Below, one piece after another: positions 1 through 8,521 of a stretch of DNA of 40,710 nucleotides. A program made the position numbers and the translations under genes. The notes beneath the pieces were generated by a model that saw nothing but the letters and a program-made list of their open reading frames with translations, ran no database searches and was not told where the DNA came from. Source of the DNA: Enterobacteria phage HK140. How positions within the stretch are numbered: the stretch's first letter is position 1; each line of letters begins with the position of its first letter. The stretch lies in sequence record NC_019710.1. The stretch is one strand, 5' to 3'.

Positions 1-46
1 CCTATCCCCTGTGTGCCTTGAGAGACGCCGACTACTACGTCTCTGT
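1..46. other. Terminal inverted repeat, left copy; probable sequencing-adaptor or assembly artefact
   Basis: nt 1-46 are the exact reverse complement of nt 40665-40710. Contains the palindromic pair GAGACG...CGTCTC. From memory only, the first 20 nt resemble a 454-type library primer. Confidence 0.6.
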
Positions 47-93
47 TTGAATTTAACGCTAACCCGATTTTTTTAGTTTTAAGGTGTTGACAT

Positions 94-579
94 ATGGCAG
101 ATAAACGAATCCGTTCCGACAGTTCGGCGGCAGCGGTTCAGGCCATGAAAAATGCAGCTGTGGACACCATCGATCCGCCGTCCCATGCAGGTTTGGAGAA
201 AAAAGCCGAACCATTCTGGCATGACAATATCAGATCGAAAGCTCTGGACAGCTGGACGCCTGCCGACCTTCTAGCCGCCGTAGAACTTGCTAATAATCAG
301 CTCTATATCACCGTTTTACGCAAGGATTTACGCAAAGAAGAGCGCATACGCGGGGAGGAGCGAGACGAAGGCCTTATAAAAGACCTCCGCAAGCAAATTG
401 TTGAGCTACAACGAACTATCCTGGCTCAGCGCCGCGACCTCCAGATCCACTCCCACGCAACCAACGGCGAAAGTCGCGACCAGAAGAAACGTAATCAGAA
501 CGATCGTGATGCACGGAATACCAAAAACGAGCATCAGGACCAGGACGATAACCTGATCGCCTTTCCCAAGCACGGATAA
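94..579 (+). CDS. Terminase small subunit (candidate)
   Basis: 161-aa ORF immediately upstream of the large terminase at the genome left end; RBS AAGGTG before the ATG; charged C-terminus. Confidence 0.55.
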   Translation: MADKRIRSDSSAAAVQAMKNAAVDTIDPPSHAGLEKKAEPFWHDNIRSKALDSWTPADLLAAVELANNQLYITVLRKDLRKEERIRGEERDEGLIKDLRKQIVELQRTILAQRRDLQIHSHATNGESRDQKKRNQNDRDARNTKNEHQDQDDNLIAFPKHG

Positions 580-585
580 AAGACT

Positions 586-2100
586 ATGACGCGAGGTGAG
601 CGTGTAATAGCGTTCATTGAGCGCTTTTGCATCGTGCCAGAAGGCAAGCTTATCGGCCAACCTATGCGGTTGGACCCCTTTCAGAAAGATTTCATCCTGG
701 CGGTTTACGACAATCCAGCCGGAACGGATATGGCGATCCTCTCCATCGCCCGAAAAAATGGTAAGACTGGCCTGATTGCCGGAATTCTGCTGGCTCACCT
801 GGTGGGGCCTGAAGCGGTGCAGAACACGCAGATTGTCAGCGGTGCACTCAGCCGGGAACAGGCGGCCATCGTTTTTAACCTCGCGGTGAAGATGGTTAAC
901 CTGAACCCCAAGCTGCAGGAGATTGTGCACATTACGCCCAGCGGCAAAAAGCTGATCGGCCTGCCGTGTAACGTCGAATACAAGGCTTTATCCGCAGAAG
1001 GTAAGACGACGCACGGCCTTTCCCCCATTCTGGCCATTCTCGATGAAACAGGGCAGGTTAGGGGCCCGCAGGATGATTTTATCGATGCAATAACTACGGC
1101 GCAGGGGGCTCATGAAAACCCGCTGCTAATCGTTATCAGTACGCAGGCAGCAAACGATGCTGACCTGCTTAGCATCTGGATTGATGATGCGGTCAAATCG
1201 AAAGATCCGCACATCGTGTGCCACGTTTATGAAGCGCCAAAAGACGCTGATATCAGTAAACGCGAGTCCTGGCTGGCTGCGAACCCGGCACTGGGAACAT
1301 TCAGGTCAGAAAAAGACATGGCGCGCCAGGCTGAGAAAGCTGGCCGAATGCCAAGCTTCGAAAACACCTTCCGAAACCTCAACCTCAATCAGCGCGTGTC
1401 TACCGTATCGCCGTTTATCTCCCGCAGCGTGTGGGAGCTTTGCGGAGAGATGCCGATTAACACCCCGAGGAAGTGGTACGCGGGGCTGGATCTGTCAGCC
1501 AGGAACGACTTAACGGCGCTGGTTATCGCTGGTGAAGCAGATGATGGTGTCTGGGATGTTTTCCCCTTCTTCTGGACACCGCAAAAGACTCTTGAAGAGC
1601 GAACCAAAACGGACCGAGCACCATATGACGTTTGGGTGAGGGAGGGGCTGCTGCGCACCACGCCAGGAGCTTCGGTGGATTACTCATTCGTCGTTGCGGA
1701 TATCGCTGAAATTATCGGTGATTTCGACCTTACCTCGATGGCTTTTGACCGCTGGCGCATTGACCAGTTCAGGAAGGATGCCGATGCCATTGGGCTGAGC
1801 CTCCCGCTGGTCGAGTTCGGCCAGGGCTTTAAGGATATGGGGCCAGCTGTAGACACGCTGGAGTCTCTGATGCTTAACGGGCGCGTGAGGCATGGCATGC
1901 ACCCCGTATTAACGATGTGTGCTGTGAATGCGGTGGTGGTGAAAGATGCTGCTGGCAACCGCAAGCTCGATAAATCCAAAGCAACGGGCCGTATTGATGG
2001 CATGGTCGCAATGACAATGTCCGTTGGTGCTGCTAATGGGGAAGTTACCGAACAGGGTGGTGACTTCGACGATTTCATTTTCCGACCGCTGAGCATGTGA
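586..2100 (+). CDS. terL: Terminase large subunit
   Basis: 504 aa; N-terminal ATPase-like region (KNGKTG Walker A-like motif, ILDETG); position between small terminase and portal. Confidence 0.85.
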   Translation: MTRGERVIAFIERFCIVPEGKLIGQPMRLDPFQKDFILAVYDNPAGTDMAILSIARKNGKTGLIAGILLAHLVGPEAVQNTQIVSGALSREQAAIVFNLAVKMVNLNPKLQEIVHITPSGKKLIGLPCNVEYKALSAEGKTTHGLSPILAILDETGQVRGPQDDFIDAITTAQGAHENPLLIVISTQAANDADLLSIWIDDAVKSKDPHIVCHVYEAPKDADISKRESWLAANPALGTFRSEKDMARQAEKAGRMPSFENTFRNLNLNQRVSTVSPFISRSVWELCGEMPINTPRKWYAGLDLSARNDLTALVIAGEADDGVWDVFPFFWTPQKTLEERTKTDRAPYDVWVREGLLRTTPGASVDYSFVVADIAEIIGDFDLTSMAFDRWRIDQFRKDADAIGLSLPLVEFGQGFKDMGPAVDTLESLMLNGRVRHGMHPVLTMCAVNAVVVKDAAGNRKLDKSKATGRIDGMVAMTMSVGAANGEVTEQGGDFDDFIFRPLSM

Positions 2101-3374
2101 TGGAAGAACCTAAATACACGATTGACCTGCGAACCAATAACGGCTGGTGGGCAAGGCTGAAGTCCTGGTTTGTCGGCGGGCGTTTAGTCACCCCAAATCA
2201 GGGCTCACAGACGGGGCCTGTTTCGGCCCACGGATACCTGGGCGATTCATCCATTAACGATGAACGGATACTGCAAATTTCGACTGTGTGGCGCTGCGTG
2301 AGCCTGATTTCAACGCTCACGGCATGCTTACCGCTTGATGTCTTCGAAACAGACCAGAATGACAACCGTAAAAAAGTGGATTTGAGCAATCCACTGGCGC
2401 GACTGCTGCGCTACTCACCGAATCAGTACATGACCGCCCAAGAATTCAGGGAGGCCATGACGATGCAGCTCTGTTTCTACGGTAACGCATATGCACTTGT
2501 GGACCGCAACAGCGCAGGTGACGTGATCAGCCTACTCCCGCTTCAGTCTGCCAATATGGATGTGAAACTCGTCGGAAAAAAAGTGGTTTATCGCTATCAA
2601 CGCGACAGCGAATACGCCGACTTTTCGCAGAAAGAGATTTTTCACCTTAAAGGCTTCGGATTCACCGGGCTTGTAGGCCTGTCACCCATTGCTTTTGCCT
2701 GTAAATCGGCAGGTGTGGCAGTTGCGATGGAGGACCAGCAGCGAGATTTCTTTGCCAACGGCGCCAAGTCTCCGCAAATCCTCTCAACTGGCGAAAAAGT
2801 GCTAACTGAACAGCAGCGCTCCCAGGTCGAAGAGAACTTCAAAGAGATCGCCGGCGGCCCGGTAAAAAAACGCCTCTGGATTCTGGAAGCGGGTTTTTCT
2901 ACATCGGCAATTGGCGTAACTCCGCAGGATGCCGAAATGATGGCGTCCCGAAAATTTCAGGTAAGTGAACTGGCGCGATTCTTTGGCGTACCGCCTCACC
3001 TTGTCGGCGACGTCGAGAAATCAACGAGCTGGGGATCGGGCATCGAGCAGCAGAATCTCGGCTTCCTGCAGTACACCCTGCAGCCCTATATCTCCAGGTG
3101 GGAAAACAGCATTCAGCGGTGGCTTATTCCTGCTAAGGATGTTGGCCGCATTCATGCTGAGCACAACCTCGACGGCCTGCTGAGGGGAGATTCGGCATCC
3201 CGCGCTGCCTTTATGAAGGCAATGGGAGAGTCAGGGCTACGCACCATCAACGAGATGCGACGAACGGACAACCTCCCGCCATTGCCGGGTGGCGATGTGG
3301 CAATGCGCCAGTCGCAATACGTGCCGATCACCGATTTAGGAACCAACAAAGAGCCCCGTAATAACGGGGCTTAA
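2100..3374 (+). CDS. Portal protein (HK97 family)
   Basis: 425 aa following terL; ATG overlaps the terL stop (GTGATGG); typical portal size and position. Confidence 0.8.
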   Translation: MEEPKYTIDLRTNNGWWARLKSWFVGGRLVTPNQGSQTGPVSAHGYLGDSSINDERILQISTVWRCVSLISTLTACLPLDVFETDQNDNRKKVDLSNPLARLLRYSPNQYMTAQEFREAMTMQLCFYGNAYALVDRNSAGDVISLLPLQSANMDVKLVGKKVVYRYQRDSEYADFSQKEIFHLKGFGFTGLVGLSPIAFACKSAGVAVAMEDQQRDFFANGAKSPQILSTGEKVLTEQQRSQVEENFKEIAGGPVKKRLWILEAGFSTSAIGVTPQDAEMMASRKFQVSELARFFGVPPHLVGDVEKSTSWGSGIEQQNLGFLQYTLQPYISRWENSIQRWLIPAKDVGRIHAEHNLDGLLRGDSASRAAFMKAMGESGLRTINEMRRTDNLPPLPGGDVAMRQSQYVPITDLGTNKEPRNNGA

Positions 3375-3379
3375 TTTTT

Positions 3380-4069
3380 ATGGGGGCCGTAATGCCTGAA
3401 ATCGTAAAAACGCTGTCCTTCGACGAGACAGAAATCAAATTCACCGGTGACGGTAAACAGGGGATTTTTGAAGGCTACGCCTCTGTTTTTAATAACACCG
3501 ATTCCGATGGCGACATCATTCTGCCCGGGGCGTTTAAAAACGCGCTGGCGAACCAGACCCGAAAAGTGGCGATGTTTTTTAACCACAGGACGTGGGAACT
3601 GCCGGTTGGCAAATGGGACAGCCTGGCTGAGGACGAAAAAGGCCTGTATGTGCGCGGTCAACTTACCCCAGGACACAGCGGCGCCGCTGACCTGAAAGCG
3701 GCAATGCAGCACGGTACGGTTGAAGGTATGTCGGTTGGCTTTTCCGTTTCGAAAGACGATTACACCATCATTCCAACAGGCCGCATTTTTAAGAATATCC
3801 AGGCTCTGCGCGAAATCAGCGTCTGCACTTTCCCCGCCAACGAACAGGCTGGCATCGCAGCCATGAAAAGTGTCGATGGTATTGAAACGATTCGTGATGT
3901 GGAGAACTGGCTGAGGGATTCAGTCGGCCTCACCAAATCACAGGCAGTTGGGCTAATTGCCCGGTTTAAGTCAGCGATTCGGAGCGAGTCCGAGGGCGAC
4001 GGAAACGAAGCACAAATAAACGCTCTGCTTCAGAGCATCAAATCTTTCCCTTCTAACTTAGGTAAATAA
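3380..4069 (+). CDS. Prohead maturation protease (HK97 type)
   Basis: 229 aa between portal and major capsid protein, the conserved HK97 gene order. Confidence 0.75.
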   Translation: MGAVMPEIVKTLSFDETEIKFTGDGKQGIFEGYASVFNNTDSDGDIILPGAFKNALANQTRKVAMFFNHRTWELPVGKWDSLAEDEKGLYVRGQLTPGHSGAADLKAAMQHGTVEGMSVGFSVSKDDYTIIPTGRIFKNIQALREISVCTFPANEQAGIAAMKSVDGIETIRDVENWLRDSVGLTKSQAVGLIARFKSAIRSESEGDGNEAQINALLQSIKSFPSNLGK

Positions 4070-4071
4070 TT

Positions 4072-5229
4072 ATGTCTGAACTCGCTCTCATTCAAAAAGC
4101 TATCGAAGAATCCCAGCAGAAAATGACCCAGCTTTTCGATGCGCAGAAAGCAGAAATCGAAAGCACAGGCCAGGTTTCCAAACAGTTGCAGTCCGACCTG
4201 ATGAAAGTACAGGAAGAGCTGACCAAATCCGGCACTCGCCTCTTCGATCTGGAACAGAAACTGGCATCCGGCGCTGAGAATCCTGGTGAGAAGAAATCCT
4301 TCTCTGAACGGGCTGCTGAAGAGCTTATTAAGTCATGGGACGGTAAACAGGGCACCTTTGGCGCTAAAACGTTTAACAAGTCACTAGGCAGTGACGCTGA
4401 TTCGGCTGGCTCACTGATCCAGCCTATGCAGATCCCAGGCATCATCATGCCAGGCCTGCGCCGTCTTACCATTCGTGATCTGCTGGCTCAGGGCCGCACT
4501 TCCAGTAACGCTCTGGAATATGTGCGTGAAGAGGTGTTTACCAATAACGCCGACGTGGTGGCAGAGAAAGCACTGAAGCCAGAATCGGATATCACCTTCA
4601 GCAAACAAACCGCGAACGTGAAGACCATCGCGCACTGGGTGCAGGCATCACGTCAGGTGATGGATGATGCGCCAATGCTTCAGTCCTACATTAACAACCG
4701 CCTCATGTACGGCCTGGCACTGAAGGAAGAGGGCCAGCTGCTGAACGGCGACGGTACCGGGGATAACCTGGAAGGGCTGAACAAAGTGGCAACCGCCTAT
4801 GACACCTCGCTGAATGCCACCGGCGACACCCGCGCTGACATTATCGCTCACGCTATTTATCAGGTGACCGAGTCTGAGTTCAGCGCTTCCGGTATCGTCC
4901 TGAACCCGCGCGACTGGCACAACATCGCGTTGCTGAAAGACAATGAAGGCCGCTATATCTTCGGTGGTCCTCAGGCATTCACCAGTAACATCATGTGGGG
5001 CTTGCCAGTGGTTCCGACTAAGGCGCAGGCCGCCGGCACCTTTACCGTAGGCGGTTTCGATATGGCCTCACAGGTCTGGGATCGCATGGATGCCACCGTG
5101 GAAGTTAGCCGTGAAGACCGCGATAACTTCGTGAAAAACATGCTGACCATCCTGTGCGAAGAGCGTCTGGCGCTGGCGCATTATCGCCCGACAGCAATCA
5201 TCAAGGGCACCTTCTCTTCTGGCTCATGA
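4072..5229 (+). CDS. Major capsid protein (HK97 fold)
   Basis: 385 aa directly after the protease; size and position match HK97-family capsid proteins. Confidence 0.85.
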   Translation: MSELALIQKAIEESQQKMTQLFDAQKAEIESTGQVSKQLQSDLMKVQEELTKSGTRLFDLEQKLASGAENPGEKKSFSERAAEELIKSWDGKQGTFGAKTFNKSLGSDADSAGSLIQPMQIPGIIMPGLRRLTIRDLLAQGRTSSNALEYVREEVFTNNADVVAEKALKPESDITFSKQTANVKTIAHWVQASRQVMDDAPMLQSYINNRLMYGLALKEEGQLLNGDGTGDNLEGLNKVATAYDTSLNATGDTRADIIAHAIYQVTESEFSASGIVLNPRDWHNIALLKDNEGRYIFGGPQAFTSNIMWGLPVVPTKAQAAGTFTVGGFDMASQVWDRMDATVEVSREDRDNFVKNMLTILCEERLALAHYRPTAIIKGTFSSGS

Positions 5230-5262
5230 TGGAGGGGGCGGGGAAACCCGCCCTTTTAACGT

Positions 5263-5589
5263 ATGGCGATAGATGTTCTGGATGTAATTTCCCTCAGTCT
5301 GTTTAAGCAGCAGATTGAGTTTGAGGAAGACGACAGGGACGAGCTGATCACGCTGTACGCCCAGGCCGCTTTTGACTACTGCATGCGCTGGTGCGATGAA
5401 CCAGCATGGAAGGTTGCGGCTGATATTCCTGCCGCCGTTAAGGGCGCCGTTCTGCTTGTCTTTGCTGACATGTTTGAACACCGGACGGCACAAAGCGAAG
5501 TGCAGCTTTATGAGAATGCAGCCGCCGAACGCATGATGTTCATTCATCGCAACTGGCGCGGTAAAGCCGAATCAGAGGAGGGCTCCTGA
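5263..5589 (+). CDS. Head-tail connector (gp6-like)
   Basis: 108 aa, first gene after the capsid gene; typical small connector protein position. Confidence 0.55.
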   Translation: MAIDVLDVISLSLFKQQIEFEEDDRDELITLYAQAAFDYCMRWCDEPAWKVAADIPAAVKGAVLLVFADMFEHRTAQSEVQLYENAAAERMMFIHRNWRGKAESEEGS

Positions 5590-5825
5590 TGGAACCAGGA
5601 CGATTCAGGCACCGGGTAAAAATTCTCACCTTCACGACTTCGCGCGATCCATCTGGTCAGCCGGTTGAATCGTGGACAGGTGGCAACCCGGTCCCGGCTG
5701 AGGTAAAGAGGATCAGCGGCAGAGAGCAGCTTTCAGGCGGCGCGGAAACGGCGCAGGCAACGATTCGCGTCTGGATGCGCGCAACGGAGCGAGTGGATAA
5801 AAAAGTGGGCAAAAATAGCTTATGA
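5589..5825 (+). CDS. Short head-tail adaptor-like protein
   Basis: 78 aa; N-terminus GRFRHRVKIL resembles GKLRHRITLQ of the head-closure protein at 6021; start overlaps the upstream stop. Confidence 0.4.
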   Translation: MEPGRFRHRVKILTFTTSRDPSGQPVESWTGGNPVPAEVKRISGREQLSGGAETAQATIRVWMRATERVDKKVGKNSL

Positions 5826-6019
5826 ACGAGCAACTGGTAAACGAACTGATAGCAGTGATACGGGAACAAATCACAGCGCAGAGGGAGCAGACGGAAGCGA
5901 TAAGCCGTCTGGCTGAATCAAATATGGCGCTTTGCGATGTCATTATCCAGTCGCTGGCTGGTGAACTAGATGAAACTGCAGAGCAACAAACCTATCTGAG
6001 CGGTAAACCCAGGGGGTAA
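5822..6019 (+). CDS. Hypothetical small protein
   Basis: 65-aa ORF with start overlapping the upstream stop, within the head-tail joining cluster. Confidence 0.3.
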   Translation: MNEQLVNELIAVIREQITAQREQTEAISRLAESNMALCDVIIQSLAGELDETAEQQTYLSGKPRG

Positions 6020-6020
6020 C

Positions 6021-6353
6021 ATGCAGGCCGGGAAATTGCGCCACAGGATTACTCTGCAGGAGCCAGTAAAAGTGCAGAACCCGACAACGGGAGCCGTAAT
6101 TAATACCTGGCGAGATGTTGCGACTGTCCGGGCCGAAGTTTCACCATTGTCAGCGCGTGAATTTATTGCTGCGCAGGCTTCTCAGGGTGAAATAACCACC
6201 CGTATTGTTATTCGCTACCGTGCCGGAGTTACCAGAAAACATCGCATCTTGTTTCGTGGTGCTGTGTATAACATCCATGGTGTTCTGCCCGATCCAAAAA
6301 GCGGACGTGAATACCTGACGCTTCCCTGTTCTGAGGGTGTTAATGATGGCTGA
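6021..6353 (+). CDS. Head closure / head-tail adaptor protein
   Basis: 110 aa with the RHR-ITLQ N-terminal motif typical of phage head-tail joining proteins. Confidence 0.55.
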   Translation: MQAGKLRHRITLQEPVKVQNPTTGAVINTWRDVATVRAEVSPLSAREFIAAQASQGEITTRIVIRYRAGVTRKHRILFRGAVYNIHGVLPDPKSGREYLTLPCSEGVNDG

Positions 6354-6885
6354 TAGTGTTGAGGTAAGTCTTACCGGGCTTGAATCACTTCTTGGGAAAA
6401 TGGAGGCCGTATCAGAAGTCACCCGTAATAAAGCCGGTCGGTTTGCATTGCGTAAGGCGGCAAACATTATAAGGGATCGGGCCAGAAGCAACGCGTCACG
6501 AGTTGATGATCCTCTGACTAAAGAAGCAATCCACAAAAATATCGTCGCCAGCTTCAGCAGCAAGCAATTCCGCAGGACAGGTGATCTGGCATTCCGTGTC
6601 GGGGTAATGGGCGGTGCCAGGCAGTATGCAAATACAAAGGCAAACGTCAGAAAAGGCAGAGCGGGTAAAACATACAAAACCTCAGGAGATAAAGGCAATC
6701 CAGGAGGAGATACCTGGTACTGGCGTTTTCTTGAGTTTGGTACTGAGCACACATCAGCGCGGCCTATCCTCCGACCTGCAATGAACGGCGTAGATAATGA
6801 CGTGATTAATGTTTTTTCTACGGAAATGGGAAAGGCTATTGATCGCGCTATCAGGCTGGCCATGAAGAAAGGAACCACTGCATGA
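6343..6885 (+). CDS. HK97 gp10-like tail component
   Basis: 180 aa; position between head closure and tail completion genes; RBS GAGGG before the ATG at 6343. Confidence 0.5.
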   Translation: MMADSVEVSLTGLESLLGKMEAVSEVTRNKAGRFALRKAANIIRDRARSNASRVDDPLTKEAIHKNIVASFSSKQFRRTGDLAFRVGVMGGARQYANTKANVRKGRAGKTYKTSGDKGNPGGDTWYWRFLEFGTEHTSARPILRPAMNGVDNDVINVFSTEMGKAIDRAIRLAMKKGTTA

Positions 6886-7247
6886 TTGCCCCTATTTTTT
6901 CTGTTTGCGCGTCGAGTCCTGAAGTCACTGACTTACTCGGAAGCAATCCGGTAAGAATTTATCCTTTCGGAATTCAGGACGACAACGTGGTCTATCCCTA
7001 TGTGGTCTGGCAGAACATCACCGGTTCTCCAGAGAACTACATTGCCCAGCGCCCTGACGCAGACTTTTTCACGCTGCAGGTGGATGCATATGCCGACACC
7101 GTGGATGAAGTGATTGCCGTGGCTACTGCGCTGCGGGATGCCATTGAGCCGCACGCGCATATCACGCGCTGGGGCGGACAGGAAAGAGACCCAGAAACAA
7201 AGCGCTATCGCTACTCATTCGATGTTGACTGGATAGTCACTCGATAA
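6882..7247 (+). CDS. Tail completion / tail terminator-like protein
   Basis: 121 aa immediately upstream of the major tail protein; overlapping start and stop. Confidence 0.5.
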   Translation: MIAPIFSVCASSPEVTDLLGSNPVRIYPFGIQDDNVVYPYVVWQNITGSPENYIAQRPDADFFTLQVDAYADTVDEVIAVATALRDAIEPHAHITRWGGQERDPETKRYRYSFDVDWIVTR

Positions 7248-7270
7248 ACGTATTATTCAACCACCGGCCT

Positions 7271-7295
7271 TGAGCCGGTTTTTTTATGACCGGAG
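7271..7295 (+). terminator. Intrinsic terminator
   Basis: Hairpin CCGGC-cttga-GCCGG followed by TTTTTTT. Confidence 0.65.
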
Positions 7296-7301
7296 ATAAC
7301 A

Positions 7302-7802
7302 ATGTCTGTATTGACGCAAGGTACGCAGCTCTTTGTGCTCGTAAAAGGCAAGGTGAGCGAAGTTGAATGTATCACTGCATTTTCACCCGGCAGCAATCCG
7401 GCTGACCAGATTGAAGACACCTGTCTTTCTGAACGCTTTGATCGCAGCTATAAGCGTGGTCTTCGAACGCCTGGCACAGCATCACTGACGCTTAACGCTG
7501 ATCCTAAAAATACCAGCCACATCATGCTCTACAACCTGTCCATTTCGGACGACGAAGAGGATCAGGACCTGACCTTCGCGATTGGATGGTCAGACGGAAC
7601 CGCATCGCCAACTGCGGCTGAAAATGGTGCATCCGGTGCAGTCGATGGCCTGGTGCTACCTGATAGCCGCACATGGTTCGTATTCAAAGGCTATGTGTCC
7701 GACTTCCCATTTGATTTTTCAGCAAACACGGTTGTTTCTACTTCTGCATCTATCCAGCGCTCCGGCTCTGCTGTATGGGTGCCAAAAGTCGTGACCCCAT
7801 AA
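7302..7802 (+). CDS. Major tail (tube) protein
   Basis: 166 aa, directly upstream of the G/GT chaperone pair, as in lambda V. Confidence 0.7.
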   Translation: MSVLTQGTQLFVLVKGKVSEVECITAFSPGSNPADQIEDTCLSERFDRSYKRGLRTPGTASLTLNADPKNTSHIMLYNLSISDDEEDQDLTFAIGWSDGTASPTAAENGASGAVDGLVLPDSRTWFVFKGYVSDFPFDFSANTVVSTSASIQRSGSAVWVPKVVTP

Positions 7803-7840
7803 AATCAGGGCGGCAACGCCCTTATTAATCAGGATTAATA

Positions 7841-8326
7841 ATGAAATTAACACTTGATGCACTCAAGGAGTCCGGCGCGTTTACCGGTCGCCCGGTTGAG
7901 AAAGAAATCACCTGGACGCAAGGCGATAAAAAAATCACCGCGACCGTGTATGTTCGCCCGATGGGTTATCACACAGCAACGTCCGATGTGCTGGCTTTTG
8001 GTGGTAAGGTCGATGGTGTGGCAGGGCGTATCGCCGCATCCATCTGCGATGAACATGGTAAACCCATCTTCACCCCGGCTGACATTACTGGTGAGGCAGA
8101 TCCTGAACGTGGTGCACTGGATGGCGGCCTGACGGTAGCACTGCTTCTGGCCATTCAGGAAGTTAACGATCTGGGAAAGACTTCGAGCTCAGCGCCGAAG
8201 ACGAATTCTGGTGCGAGCTCGTCCTCAACGGAATCGGAGGCAGAACAATCGCCGAAGCGCGGGAAGTCCTCTCATTCAAAGAGTCCCAACTCTGGGCAAA
8301 GTACCGGGAACGATACGGGAGTCTGA
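7841..8326 (+). CDS. G: Tail assembly chaperone G
   Basis: 161 aa between tail tube and tape measure; contains the slippery heptamer G GGA AAG at 8173-8179. Confidence 0.8.
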   Translation: MKLTLDALKESGAFTGRPVEKEITWTQGDKKITATVYVRPMGYHTATSDVLAFGGKVDGVAGRIAASICDEHGKPIFTPADITGEADPERGALDGGLTVALLLAIQEVNDLGKTSSSAPKTNSGASSSSTESEAEQSPKRGKSSHSKSPNSGQSTGNDTGV

Positions 8327-8502
8327 ACCCTATGTTGCGGGTTGAGTGGGGTGCCGGGCTGGTGAGCAGCATGATAGCCAACGTTAACAGAGACCCCAAG
8401 CGCCCACCATTCAACCCGACCGATTTCACACTTCACTTTACCAAAGTCAAAGCTGCTGATGGACCAATCTCGTTAGAGGAAGCCAGAGCCAGCTGGACAT
8501 AA
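7841..8502 (+). CDS. T: Tail assembly chaperone GT, made by a programmed -1 frameshift at 8173-8179
   Basis: The -1 frame downstream of GGGAAAG is open to TAA at 8500-8502 and encodes DFELSAEDEFWCELVLNGIGG...ARASWT, a lambda T-like sequence. Confidence 0.75.
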
Positions 8503-8521
8503 TGCCGCCAACGGAGAGTTT

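Noticed and set aside
1-46. Terminal inverted repeats as genuine transposon TIRs or hairpin telomeres.
   Set aside because: No transposase or protelomerase is present; the genome has cos-type packaging genes and a tyrosine integrase; the repeat carries type IIS sites and an adaptor-like 5' end.
406-930. 174-aa minus-strand ORF overlapping terS/terL, and similar antisense ORFs inside large genes (e.g. 6150-6878, 9074-9613, 15941-16411, 18664-19362).
   Set aside because: They lie entirely inside well-supported plus-strand structural genes with conserved order; most likely chance ORFs.
5589-6353. Single head-closure gene interrupted by a frameshift or stop (pseudogene).
   Set aside because: Both ORFs are in the same frame but separated by about 195 nt containing at least one in-frame stop and an independent ORF; the downstream ORF is full length on its own.
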